DNA of 64,000 nt, from the NCBI GenBank assembly GCA_028534125.1, contig CM052817.1, positions 28,522,001 to 28,586,000 of the forward strand, in the 5' to 3' direction. Positions 25,996 to 38,500 of the stretch are shown one piece after another. The position numbers were made by a program, and so were the translations under genes. Source of the DNA: Lama glama (Eukaryota). Under the pieces are notes generated by a model. That model had not been told where the DNA came from, searched no databases, and was given only the letters and a program-made list of their open reading frames with translations. Position 1 is the first letter of the stretch, and every line of letters starts with the position of its first letter.

Positions 25996-26473
25996 TGTTA
26001 CCCAGTCCAAGCTCGTAAGACAAGCCAATAAATTGAAAACGAGTTGTTGGGCAAAGAATCGTGACTTTATTGGGAAAATCAGCAGACTGAGAAGATGGTG
26101 GACTAATGTCCCAGAGAACCATTTTACTCAAGTTAGAAATAAGGTTTCTTTTATACTAAAAAGGAAGATTTGATTGTTTGTTGTGAAAGTCTTAATCTCA
26201 GAATCCTGTGTTCTTGCAGCTATCCACTTAGATCAGGTCATGCTGTTTCTGTAAACCTCCAATGAGACAAGTGTTATTCTCTGTTCTGCAACTATTTATC
26301 TCTTTATCAACGGAAAATTGTTATACTTTTAAAGGTCAAAGCCTTGAGAATGGGCTATCCTGTATACGTCAGGCTATAGGCAACATTCTTAACTCCTAGC
26401 AAAAGTAACAGAATACAAAGGTTAAAATAAAAGAAATATCCAATATGGAGTCAGATTTGTCTTCCCTATTACG
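25996..26473 (-). mobile_element. ERV1 solo LTR (478 bp)
   Basis: 4-bp TSD ttag at 25992-25995 and 26474-26477. Termini tgtta...ttacg (CA mutated to CG). AATAAA on the minus strand at 26066-26071. Confidence 0.88.
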
Positions 26474-27963
26474 TTAGTAGCACTTTGTCTCTATAGGAGA
26501 CACTTCTCTAGCTCACAATATTCCTTTTCTAAGAATTCTGCTCCCACCTCATCATCCATGTGTATTTTTCCAGCAGGGTCAACAATACTAGTCAGTTTCC
26601 TGGCATTAGTACATTGAAACTTAGCAACCCAGGTCAGGAGTGTTGAGCCACAATCACTAAGCAGAGCAGAGGAGCAGAGTAATTTTCTTTTTCCTGTGGA
26701 TTCTGATTCTCCCAATTGCCTATCTAATTTTTCCAACCTCAAAGTCTGTCAGTTTAGATTCCTTTCTCCTTTTTATTTCATATTAAATTGTTCAAATTCT
26801 GTTTATTTATATTTTTCATTGCCTCTAATTCTTCTCTTGTACCTCTTCATAGTGACATTGTCTAACTTAGACTCCTTATCATCTCCAATTATTGCACACT
26901 AAGGTGAAAATTCTCAGCTTTCAATAATGCCCTTCCTATCTGTTTTGCTCCATGTTCTTTCTACATTATTTCTCTCAACCTCCTATTTGAAAACCTGTCC
27001 TATCTGCTCATTTCCAGTAGTATCCTTTGCTGGAGATTCAAGTTCTCTTCAACTTATCGTGATTTACTTTTCCAAACCTGCCTCTCAATACTTACCGTCA
27101 TAATCTCTTTATTTCAGCCAGACTGCTTTTCTCATTATTCAATGCACCTTCTTAGATCTTTCCTCTAAGCCTAAACTCATATCATGTTCCTGACTTTATG
27201 CTCCTTCAGTTGTGCAATTTCGTCCACTTCTCAGTTTCAATCACAGCAGCATAGATAATTTAAGAAGTAGATTAAAATAAAATTCAAGTCTCTGGTCATT
27301 TTCAAATCATGATCAAGTAGTCCTTCTTAGGTGATGATGTAAAATGAAAAATGTTCTTTTGTTCAGGATTTTTTGGTTTCTCCAATGAGGATTTTACTAG
27401 AATCAAAAGTAGTTTATGCTTTTTTTATTAGTAATAAAATTCACATAGACATTACCTGATTAAAAGAGTCATAGATGATATAATTTTGTAGAAAGATCCA
27501 GAATTTCAAATGGTATTCAATTTTTTTTAGCAGATGTTATGTCCTATTTATCTGAATAAGGTATAGAGTGGCTTAGAATAACAAAAGAGAGCCTAAAAAG
27601 AATTAAGTAATAGAGTTTAAAATTTGAATTGAAGTATATATTTTGTGGATAATATTCAGTCAGCTACTTCAGTATGAGAAAAAGTCTGCATAGTTGGGAA
27701 TGATTATTAAAATGTAAATTTCCTTTTTTTCCATTAGTTTGGTTTTAAAAATCTCTGCAATCCACAGCTAAAAATAATATTTCACATAGATCCCACATTT
27801 TTGAATGGCACACATTCTTAATGATGTTTCAGTCCCCTCGAGGACTTAACCATGGGATGTGATCTATTTAGCAAACTTTGGAAACTGACTTAAAAACAGG
27901 ACCAACTCACTTAAATCAGAGTAGAACTTTTCCAGCAAATTTTACAATTTCAAGGTCTGTTCT

Positions 27964-28010
27964 AATTGACACAACACTGTAAACTGACTATACTTTAATA
28001 AAATAATAAA
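27964..28010 (+). mobile_element. Extremely 5'-truncated L1 (47 bp)
   Basis: aattgacacaacactgtaaactgactatactttaataaaa is an L1 3' terminus. Degenerate 12-bp TSD aaggtctgttct (27952-27963) / aaggtgtattct (28011-28022). Confidence 0.8.
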
Positions 28011-28220
28011 AAGGTGTATTCTTATTTAGAGAGCAACGAGAAATGCAGGAACTCTACACAGAGTCCTTAAAGCTTTTATTCATTATTCAACGGTAGAATT
28101 AACATTAAAATTAGTGTTGGGATCGGTTCAGCATCCATTGAATGGGGACAGGAAGAAAATGAAGATCTTTCAATAAGAAATGATAAATGGAAATTGTATT
28201 ATTTTTCAAAATATTTTCTA

Positions 28221-28636
28221 TGTGGGGGAGATTTATAGTTCCTTTTGCCATTAATTTAGACTTGCCTATGTTCTTGAGGTGCATTCTACATGGGAAGATT
28301 ATACATCCTTCCTTATTGAATTTAGGAGCAGCCATATGACTTGCGGTGACCAATCAAATGTAGCTAAGTAATAAGTAAGGAGTATCAGTTTTTAGAGAGC
28401 TTTCGGAGTTTATGGTCCGCTAGCTCACTCTTGTCTTCCTGGTGGGAAACTCCCAGATAGGAGAAGTTCCGTGGGCGTTGACCTGGATGCAAAAACTATG
28501 GGAAGGAAGTGAAGCGGACCCTCCACAGACAGGTAGCGTGGGAAAGAAAGAATCATGTTTTGCAAAACACTAGGATTTTGCGGTGGTTTGTTACTGACAT
28601 TACTTAACCCATCCTGACTGGACTCCGACTAATACG
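28221..28636 (+). mobile_element. MaLR solo LTR (MLT1H/I-like)
   Basis: gccatatgacttgc..tgaccaatcaaatgt and the 3' ggtttgttactgacattacttaacccatcctgact...aatac. Confidence 0.75.
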
Positions 28637-28859
28637 ATGAATCTAGTTCTTTGCACACTTCTTCTTTTTTTAAACTAAAATGTGCTCTGTAGTCAGTGGT
28701 AGTTGTATCAACTTACATTTTGCAGAGATGCAAAAGTTAAATGATTTCACATTTCCAATTTTTATTACAGTAATATTTGATAAAAGCTTTCTGCATTTAA
28801 TTTTCATAGGTAATGGATCTGTAAGCTGAAGTGGTGCACGGTGACAAGTCTCCTGCGTT

Positions 28860-29480
28860 TCCTGCTTGTTCATCTTTCCATTCCCCTCCCCCGACCACGA
28901 AAATCATTGTTATCAGATTTGTATGCCTCTTTTCAGTTTCTTTATGTACAGCCAAAGAAACATGAACACAGAGTCTTATTTTCTCTATTTTTACACAAAA
29001 GGTGGTACATTATGCACATTGCTGTGAACATGATTTTTTACGCACAATATATCTTGGAGGACTTTCCACATCAGTGCACAGTTAGCTACTTCCTGGTTTC
29101 AAGCCACATATTAGGCGTTATATGGATGTATCATAACTTATCTAAGCCCTCTCTTTTGGTGGTCCTTTGGGTGGTTTGGTTCTTTGGCTATTACTAATAA
29201 CACTGCAACAAATAAACTTGCATTTACGTCATTTTACATATGTATAGCCATTTATGTAGACTAAATTCCCAGAAGCAGAATTGTTTGGTCAGAACTATGT
29301 GTTTGAAAATTTGATTGATACGGCTACATTTCTGATTACAGGGTTTGTACTCATTTACCCTCCCATCAGCAATGTATTAAGTCCCTAACTGCCTCGCCAA
29401 GAGTGTGCTACCAAATTTAGGGATATTTACAAATCTGATAAGTGAATAATGGCATCTCAGGCTAGCTTTAATTTACATCG
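28860..29480 (-). mobile_element. Ancient L1M 3' fragment
   Basis: taaattcccagaagcagaattgtttggtcag...atttaccctcccatcagcaatgtatt are standard antisense L1 ORF2-end motifs. Confidence 0.75.
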
Positions 29481-30199
29481 TTACTATCATAGGAGAGTGT
29501 GCCTGTAACCCCCAGCAATGTAGATAATCCTTTTTATTTGTTGGTGCCCTGGACACCTGCTTAGCAAATCAGGCCTGAATCAGGCTCTGCTCCAATTCAG
29601 TTTCTCCTTTCTTTCATTTGTTGCTATTATTCTGAATACTGCTCTCTGATTCTGATTTCTCATTTCCATTCCTACAGCTTTCTCCCCTTGACTTACTGCT
29701 CTGTTGACTAACTAGAATATAAATATCCTCACGGGATGATACTTTACAACAAATCAGCTTCTCACAAAATAAAGTAAATAAATCCATTGGTATATTCCCT
29801 AATAAGATTTATAAATGTGAAAAGCTGAGTGTCAAACTTATACCTGGAGAGAAGATGGCAAAGGGAGGATAGAAGCGATGCTTGACAGCACTGGGAGGGA
29901 TCTCTGCCCAAGGAACTTGACTTGAAATCTCCCAAATTTCAGCCCCTCTCTCTCCTTCCTTCCTTCTAACCTCCTCCGCACTATATCCCACATAAAATTA
30001 GGAAACACAGAGACAATTGACTGAGGACTTCAGTTGAATGTAACCTTTCCTGGGCAGCAAATTTAGTGTAAGAACTGGAGAAAATGAAACGTTTACAATC
30101 TACAGGTCTGTGACTATGTGTATGAGGTTTGTGTATGAGAGAGAACTGTAGCATGGTTATCATGATTATTCTCATGCAATCAAATACCCCGGTTTCTTA

Positions 30200-30530
30200 T
30201 TTATTTATCAATAATTCCTGGCTGAGAGCTGTGTAATGTATAACAAACTGTTTCTTTCTATTCTGCCAGAATAGCTGTACATCAAATTGAATTGTGAACA
30301 AATGGAATTTTTCTCTAAGAAACACGCTTTTACATTTTCTGCCTAGCTGTTACACGGTCAATATTTAGGTAATTGAAATCTCCTATGAGCAGTATTATGA
30401 CTTTTTCAGACGTTTTCTGATCTATACAAATATTTCACAATTTGATTTCACTAATGGTTTTTGCAGATCAATAACCAACCAGAAGCATCTTGTTCCCTTT
30501 TTCAATGTTAAATTTTATCTAGATAGTAAA
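30200..30530 (-). mobile_element. Very old CR1/L3-clade LINE endonuclease relic
   Basis: Minus-strand translation gives I*IKFNIEKGNKMLLVGY*S, then after a frameshift KVIILLIGDFNYLNID (GDFN codons 30383-30372), then FLE. This is the motif order of CR1 APE endonucleases. Confidence 0.55.
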
Positions 30531-31137
30531 GATAATCTGTCAGTCAAGATGTTATGCATTCATCCAACTGGCAATTTACAGCTTTCATCACAGACCCTGC
30601 CAGAACATCAAAATCCTTATGTCAGAACATAGAACTCTCATTTTTAAGACGTATAAAATTTTAATGTCAATATTTGTAAAATAAGAATGCAAATCTATCT
30701 TGAAATCAGAAATATGTACGTTTCCCAAACCCCGAAGCACCCTGAGCCTGAGTTAGGTGCGTGCCAGGTGCTCTGACTGAGGTATAGCATGTGAAGGGGA
30801 GAAACTGTGATGTTATGTGCTTCACTTGTATTTAATCCAGTTCCTTCCCTGACTCCTAGCACACATTTTAAGTCAGTGCAGAGAAATATTTTCCTCAACA
30901 AGTTGTCTCATCTTCTATTCCTGTTCTAATTTTGAAATAGTAATGATTGCTGTCAGCACAGCCTTCCCTTCTAAAGGACTCCAATTTGTCTTTGATGTGG
31001 TTTGCAAACTCACCCTGCAAGAAAGAGTAATTTTCTTATCATCACCTGGGTTGACACAGGAGAGAATGAGGGTCCCCTCTCAGCCCAGACTCCTTTATAT
31101 CTCCACAGCATGATGGCTGACTCTTGCATATGCTCTT

Positions 31138-31532
31138 ATCTCTCAGCTCTAAGGGACTACTGGGGAGGGGGCAGGATATATGGGAGTATTTTGCAACAAA
31201 GACCATTTAGTTGGAACATCAATGGAGTACTCTTAGTTAAAGAAAACCAAACATCTCAAGTTAAAGAATTTAGTGCTTTTTTACCTATGGGAAGATGCAA
31301 GAGTCTGAGCTCACTGAAACCATTCCTTTGATATGCACCTTAACTACCTAGGACCAGTATCCTGTGCTTCCCATCCTGAGAATCCTTAGGGCACACCATT
31401 GTGGGTGGTAGGCATCCTGTTTCCATCCTGAGTTCCCTCAGGGCTCACCATCAGGGGTGGCTGCAAGGTGATGGCCTGATGGCTGCAACATCCTTTGTTT
31501 ACTTATAAGATGGGCAACATTTTTCATTCACA
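31138..31532 (-). mobile_element. ERV1-type LTR, 5' end intact, 3' end missing
   Basis: Minus strand starts TGTGAATGAAAAATGTTGCC. Homologous in inverted orientation to the adjacent LTR. Confidence 0.8.
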
Positions 31533-31861
31533 GATGCATCTCAAAGGAATAATTTCAATGAGCCCAGAATCTTGCATCTTCCCGTATATAAAGGGCACTA
31601 AAATCATTAACCTGATGTTTGTTGAGATGAATGTTTTTTTGTGATTAGCAGTAATCTGATGTTCGACAACGTGGGTTTTGGGGGATTTTTTTTTTTCTTT
31701 CAGCAAAAACTCCTCTATATCCTGGCTTCTCCCTTATCTCTTTGGATCAGTTCCCCAGAGCTGTCTGAGAGGCTGCCTTCCTGGGCTATAGTCCTCTGAA
31801 CAACATCCCTGAATCAAACGTAACTCTCAACTTTTAGGCTGTACTTTTTTTTTCATTGACA
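31533..31861 (+). mobile_element. Related ERV1-type LTR, 3' half only
   Basis: Ends ...ctctcaacttttaggctgtac...ttgaCA. Its reverse complement aligns to 31138-31340. Confidence 0.8.
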
Positions 31862-32921
31862 AGTACATGGTACATAATTGGCATTTAATTCTTCTTCATT
31901 CCCATTTCTAAACAATTAATAATTCCTTCAAATGTTAACCGTTTAACACTTTAAAATTAGGTTACTTAAGTTATCACCTTTGTTCAGACAATTTCTGGTT
32001 CATGCCAAATTACAATAATAGACTTTAAATTTCCTGCACCTGTTTTTGCCTGAATTCACCATATTACAAGCAGAATGATCTTTCAAAACTGCCGTACAAA
32101 AGTATGTGTCATCTTCTGATATAATCATGAATGACTAAACTTTACCACACCAGTTTTGGAAAAATATAAATAGTTAAATAGAACTCAAAAGTTAATTTTT
32201 CCTTCTGTAACTTCCTCATGCCCTGTGCAACAAATATACTGAACTACATGCTGTGCTTCAAACATATCGTGCTATTTCTCTGCTTTGAGCCTGAGAATGC
32301 TCTCCTTTTGCTAGTAAATTAAAAAAAAAAAATCTTCTCCTTGTAAACAGCTTCCAAAAGAAAGCTAATCACTCCTTTGTTCCAAATCTTTTCCCTCTAC
32401 AGATATCTAATTGAACGAGCCATGTTGAATCACAATGTCTTGTCTGTTTCTTTTCTAAACAATGGAATTCTTGAGTGCTTGGAAATGAATTTTATATATG
32501 TAACTCTTGACACATGATAAGCATAGTGTAAATGTTGTTGCTGTTACTTCCTATCTATAACAAAAGAACAGTACCTAGCAGACAGGAGAGCCTCATTAAT
32601 ATGTTAAACAAAGACTTCTATGCACGCATGAACCAGTAAAGGATGAATACACTAAAACATGAAAATACGCACTCAGAAAGAAAACTATACCAGATGGTAA
32701 CAAATATTTCACTTCATCTTTTAGAATCTCAGAGGCAATATCAGTGTCAGCACGTACTCATGAGAATATTTCTTATTTTTCATAGTTCATGTCAAGAATG
32801 TCTTTCCAACCAATATCTAGAGTTGGAAGGCACCGTGACAGATTTTAGAGGAGCAATGATGGCTACGTTGACACAGCACTGAAGTCTTGTTGAGAACAGT
32901 TGTCAGCTAAATATAAATAAA

Positions 32922-33495
32922 TGTAGGAGAGAAAAAAAAAATCACAATTTTCTTCTATCTTTCCAAGTTCTCAGCTGGATCCCCTATAATAAAAGACAGG
33001 TTAACAAGAGAAAGAAAAGCAGAAATTTATTAACATGTATAACTCTTATATACATGAGAGATTACCCAGGGAGAAATGAGTTACTCAAAAGATTGGTTAG
33101 AACTAGAATTTATAGCATATCTCAGCATAGGAAAAATACATTTTTAGAGAAGTGAGAAGACAAAGGAAAAGCCGCTTGAGTCTCTAAGGGCAGTAAATTG
33201 TGGGAAAGCAGATATAAGCACATTGTGGGCAAACTTTAGTTAGTGAAGTTTCTTATGGTGCCAACTCTGAACTGATGGGAGCTCACGTGGTCTCTGTGGA
33301 TGAGGTTTTGTCCATCCTGGGACAGATGGGAGGAAGCACATCTTTGAAAATGTATTTACCAATTTTAGAGGAAGGCAAATAGGAGGAAGGCAGAGAGATT
33401 TTCTTTGAATCTGCTTTTTCTCAATTTCTTTTAGCTCAAAATAATCCTTATGCCTAATTAGTATATTCTGAGGTGACATATTCTGCTACCCCTCA
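32922..33495 (-). mobile_element. ERV1 solo LTR, MER34A-like
   Basis: TG...CA termini. Minus start TGAGGGGTAGCAGAATATGTCACCTCAGAATATAC...GGCATAAGGATTATTTTGAGCT. TSD not clean. Confidence 0.82.
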
Positions 33496-34272
33496 AAAGA
33501 AATAAATACATTTGACTCCTCTGAGTGTACTCAAGTTAAGAAATGTTTTTGTTAACAAAACAAGTAAAAATAAAAATAACTTCAAATTCTTTTAGTACAT
33601 TAAATCACACAGACTCATCCATATGTGGTTTCCTTTATGACAGTTATTAAACTGCAATTTTTTGGCTGAATTATTGTTGAACTTCACAAATCCATGAACA
33701 GACAGAATCACATGCTGTATCTGAAAACTCACTTGTTGAATGTGGGCACAATTTAGAACGTGTAAGTTAAAGTAGCAAACTTCTCTTTGAAGGGTTAGAA
33801 TTGTTTTACTAATAGGCATTTGTCACTTTCTTGACTTTAAAATAGGTCTGTCTTTCTCTACAGTGGCCATAGGTTACAGTCAATGTTTATGACTTTTCAG
33901 TGAAGTGCAATAAATATCTAAAATTCAGCTTCTCTTCTTCATTTTTATCTTTAATTTATCAATGTTGACTTGAATAGTAGTTTCCGATTTTTCAGTGTAA
34001 ACTATTCATGTAAAATCGAAGTTATAGGCACTGTTTTCCCTGAAATTTCAAAAAAGTCATTTTTTTAAAAAATCCAGAATCAAAAAAAAAAAGACATAAA
34101 GGAAAATTATGCTGAAGTAGAAACTCCAAACTAAGGTAAAAATGAAAGGAGCTAGCTTCCAATGTCTCTCCCAGAATAAGTTTAAATCCCACCTCTGAAT
34201 AGTTGCATTACATCGGGAGAATTTCAATAGTCCTCTGACCCTTTGTTTTCTTATTTTGAAAGTGGGGGTAAT

Positions 34273-34776
34273 TGTGGCATACAGCACAGCTCAGGACCGT
34301 GTCTGAGGACGGGCGACGCCAAGACTTAAGAAACAAAGAGACAAAATAAAGAGCAAAGTTGGGATCAAGAGACTCAAGATCTCGTGGATCTAGAGTGCTA
34401 AAAGCCTGGTCAACATCATATTTATTAGGAGTATACAGCTCAGAAAAAAGTGCGATCAAAGAGGTGGGGCTTTAGATATTCCATGTGATTAAGCACTAAG
34501 TTCTGCTTTCTGATTAACTGATTAATTTCAGGCCTATCTCTTCCAGGAACAATCACTCTCCTGGGGGTATGCAAAACTGCTAAGTCTATCCTGTTATTGC
34601 CTCTGGGACATCTCGAGATAGCAAATATTTCCCCTGGTTAAACCGCATGCTTTCATGCCAGAACAAAGTTCTGTTAATGGATGAGCTGGCTTTCCAGGAC
34701 CATCCATTGTTTTACCCTAAGGAAATATCTGCCCTTCTTCGTGCCCCTGTGGTCAGTCTCAGGATTGCCCCTCACA
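34273..34776 (-). mobile_element. Probable lineage-specific solo LTR (504 bp) next to or inside a MIR
   Basis: Termini tgtgg...ctcaca. AATAAA on the minus strand at 34421-34426, ~150 nt from the 3' end. CpGs retained. Flanks taat/ttat. MIR-like gttttcttattttgaaagtgggggtaat directly to the left. Confidence 0.6.
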
Positions 34777-34901
34777 TTATCTTTAGCATAACACGTGTTA
34801 TAGGTCGTCTACTGCGTGAAACATTAAAACAAAGCAAGCATGTGCATTTTAAGCAGGTAAGTGTGAATACTGTATTTTAAGCTCATGGAAATTAAGGTGC
34901 G

Positions 34902-34946
34902 GCTTGTTTTCTAGCTGCTTGTTTCCCAGCAGCTTGTTTCCCAGCA
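34902..34946. repeat. 3 x 15-bp tandem repeat
   Basis: gcttgttttctagct gcttgtttcccagca gcttgtttcccagca. Confidence 0.9.
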
Positions 34947-37900
34947 GGTAATGGTTAAAATTTGTCAGGATTATACATTTCATCATGGGACAACTGAGAC
35001 TATAAACCTAGAATTTCCATAGGAACGGAGATCACCCCTCTGTCACTTCTTCTGTGAGTCCAACACAGCCCATAAATGGTGCTCCAGAAGTATGTACCAA
35101 TAATGCATTCAGGGAGTTGTGGTGCAGATTGGTTCATAAATTACCTGGCACATTTACAGGCACACATTAGTATGCATACCCCTCTTACTAATTTGAATTG
35201 GTCCTTTCATGTTTTTAACTTTTGAGATTTTGTTATAAATCATTTTTAGGGGGATGGCATCTTGCTGAAATAGTTAACCTTTCTTGGATATTACTAATTG
35301 CTTTCACTGATCAGCATATTATATTTTATACTTAAAATTTATTTCACAGTTGGCTATTGTCACTAGCTCTTAAGCCGTACAAAATTCAATAGAAAAGGTG
35401 AAAGGCGTTAGCCATAGAAGAGGAGATTTTCATGGATTTTCTTTAAAATAACTGTGCAGTGGTTCAACATAAAGCTGCTTTTATTATCTTTCTGTGTCTG
35501 CAGCCCATGGGACGCCCACAAGTCTCCAAGCAGATTATGGCTCTATGTAAACGAAGAAAAGAAAATTAAAACTGTGAGAGCTTTCCCACCCCATGAGCAG
35601 CTCTGTTTAAAGAAAAAATAAATGGTTTTCCTTTGCATGTCACAGAGAAACAGGTTTAAATCACTAGCGCTGTGTAACGTGAGACATTTAGAAATTCAGC
35701 AAAGCGTAAGAAGAAGAAAGTTTCCAATGGTAAGGAGCAGCATCTTATGGACATAGCTGTCCTTCTAAAGGGTCTAAATGCTTCATTTACCGCAAAGTAT
35801 AGCTCAGATCACTCAGACAGTTCAAAAACAGGTGAGAGCTTGCTTTGACATCGGTCCTTAAGAATTAGTTTTAGATTCTGTTCCTTTGTTGAATGTGATT
35901 ATTTGCCCTCATCCTTGATTTCTCTTTTTCAAAGGTTTAACATTTAAATTTGGAGAGAATAAATTTGCATCATAAATATTCCAGGTCAGTAAAGGATTAA
36001 AAACAGTTACTAAACCAATCTCCAGCAGGTTCTTAAATGGAGTCCACAATAATAACTACATAAAATTTAGTGTTTTAGCTATTAATACAAACTATTAGTG
36101 GGTAATACAAAACTCTTCTTGATTCACAGTAGCCACAAAGCACACATTTACTAATAAGTGTCTGATACAATGCTTGAGACACTGTAGGGATCAATATGTG
36201 GGTGAGATTAAGAAGCTAAGCTTACTAATGAGATAAATTAATTTCTATTTTGAACGAAGTAAACCAGTCACTATTGGAAAGCTCTTATTTTATGCACATC
36301 AAATTGATTGATTAAAAAGGTAAAGTTAACTCTCCAAGTAAAAGATTTCAGAGTTTCATTCTGTTCAAATTTACATAATTAGAAGAAAAATTAACCAAGA
36401 ATTTTGAACAAACCAGAATTTTAAACACATTCCAATGAAAAAGAGAATTTGCTAAGAAATGCAGTTACAATATAAGGCATTACTATGGTATAGATTCAAG
36501 TGAGAAGTCTAAAGACAGTGAAAAATCAAGGAGTGAAAAAATGCATTAAAATTGAATATATGGAAAACATTTTAGAAATAATGCTTTTTTAACCTGTCAA
36601 AGGAGCCAAACTGAAGACAATCTTGATGTCTCAATATGAAACAAGTTTGTCAGTCTTTCATGTATTTTCCCAGTTTTTTCCACTGTATTTGCACTAGCAT
36701 TTTCCATGCACATGCCAGTGGCACCACACTGGTAACACTATCACTCTTCAGAATAAAAATTCAAGTTTGCTATCATAGTAAAATATAATGATATTTTGAT
36801 AACTTAAGTTGCTCCAAAACAAAATATCGTAAGATTAGAGTTGAAAATAACTCTTCATCCTTCTGTGCTGTGATTGGTACATTTTACTAGAATACACTTG
36901 AAATTTAGGTAGTTTGCACAGCTTTTTAAAAGGCTTTTGTCTTTTTAAAGCCTCTACTTCCAAAGGCGATGTATTTAAAAGATTAACAGGAGTGTCAGCA
37001 GTCTAGGGTTTTGTGTGAGTTCACTCAAATGATAACAATAAATCATTTTTTTAAATTACTTACTTCTATTTTGAGGAAAATAATTTTGATGTTATATTGA
37101 TTGATTCATTATGATACACATACATAAATAAATTCATGCTCAGAATCATAATTGCAGGCACTGAAACATCCTCAGCTGTTAAAGATATATTTTAATGTTT
37201 CATGTTGTCTAAGATAGATAGGTGCATTGCTACATTTTAGAGAGCATTTAGTCCAAGGTTGAATCAGAGTAATGCCTGCATAATAAATCAGTTAATAAGA
37301 AAACATCAAGAAAGCAGAGTCTGAATTCCTGAGCATTGCCAATATTTACTTATGCATAGATTTTTTTTAAATTAACTACTTCCTTCCATTTGCCTGAAAT
37401 TCTGTATATCATCAGATTATAACTAATGACAGACATCAATGTAGGTATTGATCTTTTCTTGAAAATTCGAGACCCACAATTTTCAGAATGAGGCAGAAAT
37501 TTAGCCGATGATTTCCTAGCCCCACCACAAATAAGTCACTTCTTTCTTGACTGCTGGCATCTCCAGTGCTCCATCCTTCACTGAAGACTCCCTCACCTGG
37601 ATCACTGACACCTTCCCTCTACTGCCCACTATTAAGATCAGCATCCATGGCGATTTGAGCACTGAGGTCCATTGAAGATCCATTCAGAATAACTCACAGT
37701 TTTTTGATCTCCTCAGTTAACCACCTATCTACCCTCAATGTTATCTTCCATAACTTTATCAAGGTTTTCACTTTGAAACTTGCCCCTGTGTGGTCATCAT
37801 TTCTACCTTTCATCTCACTGCATTGCTGTTCCACTCTGACAGTTAGAAACACAATGACTCTTACAGTAGACATGGCAGTCTCACGTTCTCAGTTCCCTCT

Positions 37901-38500
37901 GAACCCATCCCGGATTCTGTGGTCCTGTGCTCTGTTCACTCCTTTGCAAACCTGTAACTCTTTCCTTATCGCTCCTTTTTCTTTCTCACCTAACAAAATT
38001 CCAACCCTAGTTAAATCCAGGATCTCATTTCTGTTTAGCCAAAAGTTGCTGTTGAGAAATACACAGAAGTTTTGGCTGAAAATAATACTAACAGAACATA
38101 TTATTGTTCTTTCCTTAAAATTTTATTTTCTCACAGTCTATGACTACTATTTATACAGTCTCATCCTTAACCCTCCATCACTTCCTGCTCTCCTAAATCT
38201 TAGGTAACATTTTCTATATTTTATAGAGAAACATCAGTACCAGGTGAGCTTTCCTTTTCTCATCGGTTCCAAGAAGCCATTGACACCTGTACCACACATT
38301 CTGTCTTCCCTCTTACAATAATGCAAGAAGTGTTTCTGTCTTTTGTGTTGTTGTTGTTGTTGTGTCAGGTCTCAACCTTTTGGCAAAAGCCAACAGTCTA
38401 TTCTCTGACTCATCTTACTCAACCCTTTTCAACATTTGATACCAGTGACAATTCCCTCGTGATACTTTCTTCTCTGGAATTCCAAGATGTCACTTCTTTT

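Noticed and set aside
34902..34946. Short direct repeats as a CRISPR-like array
   Set aside because: Tandem units with no spacers, in eukaryotic DNA.
37704..38207. 167-aa ORF
   Set aside because: TTG start, lies within the old L2, no intact motif.
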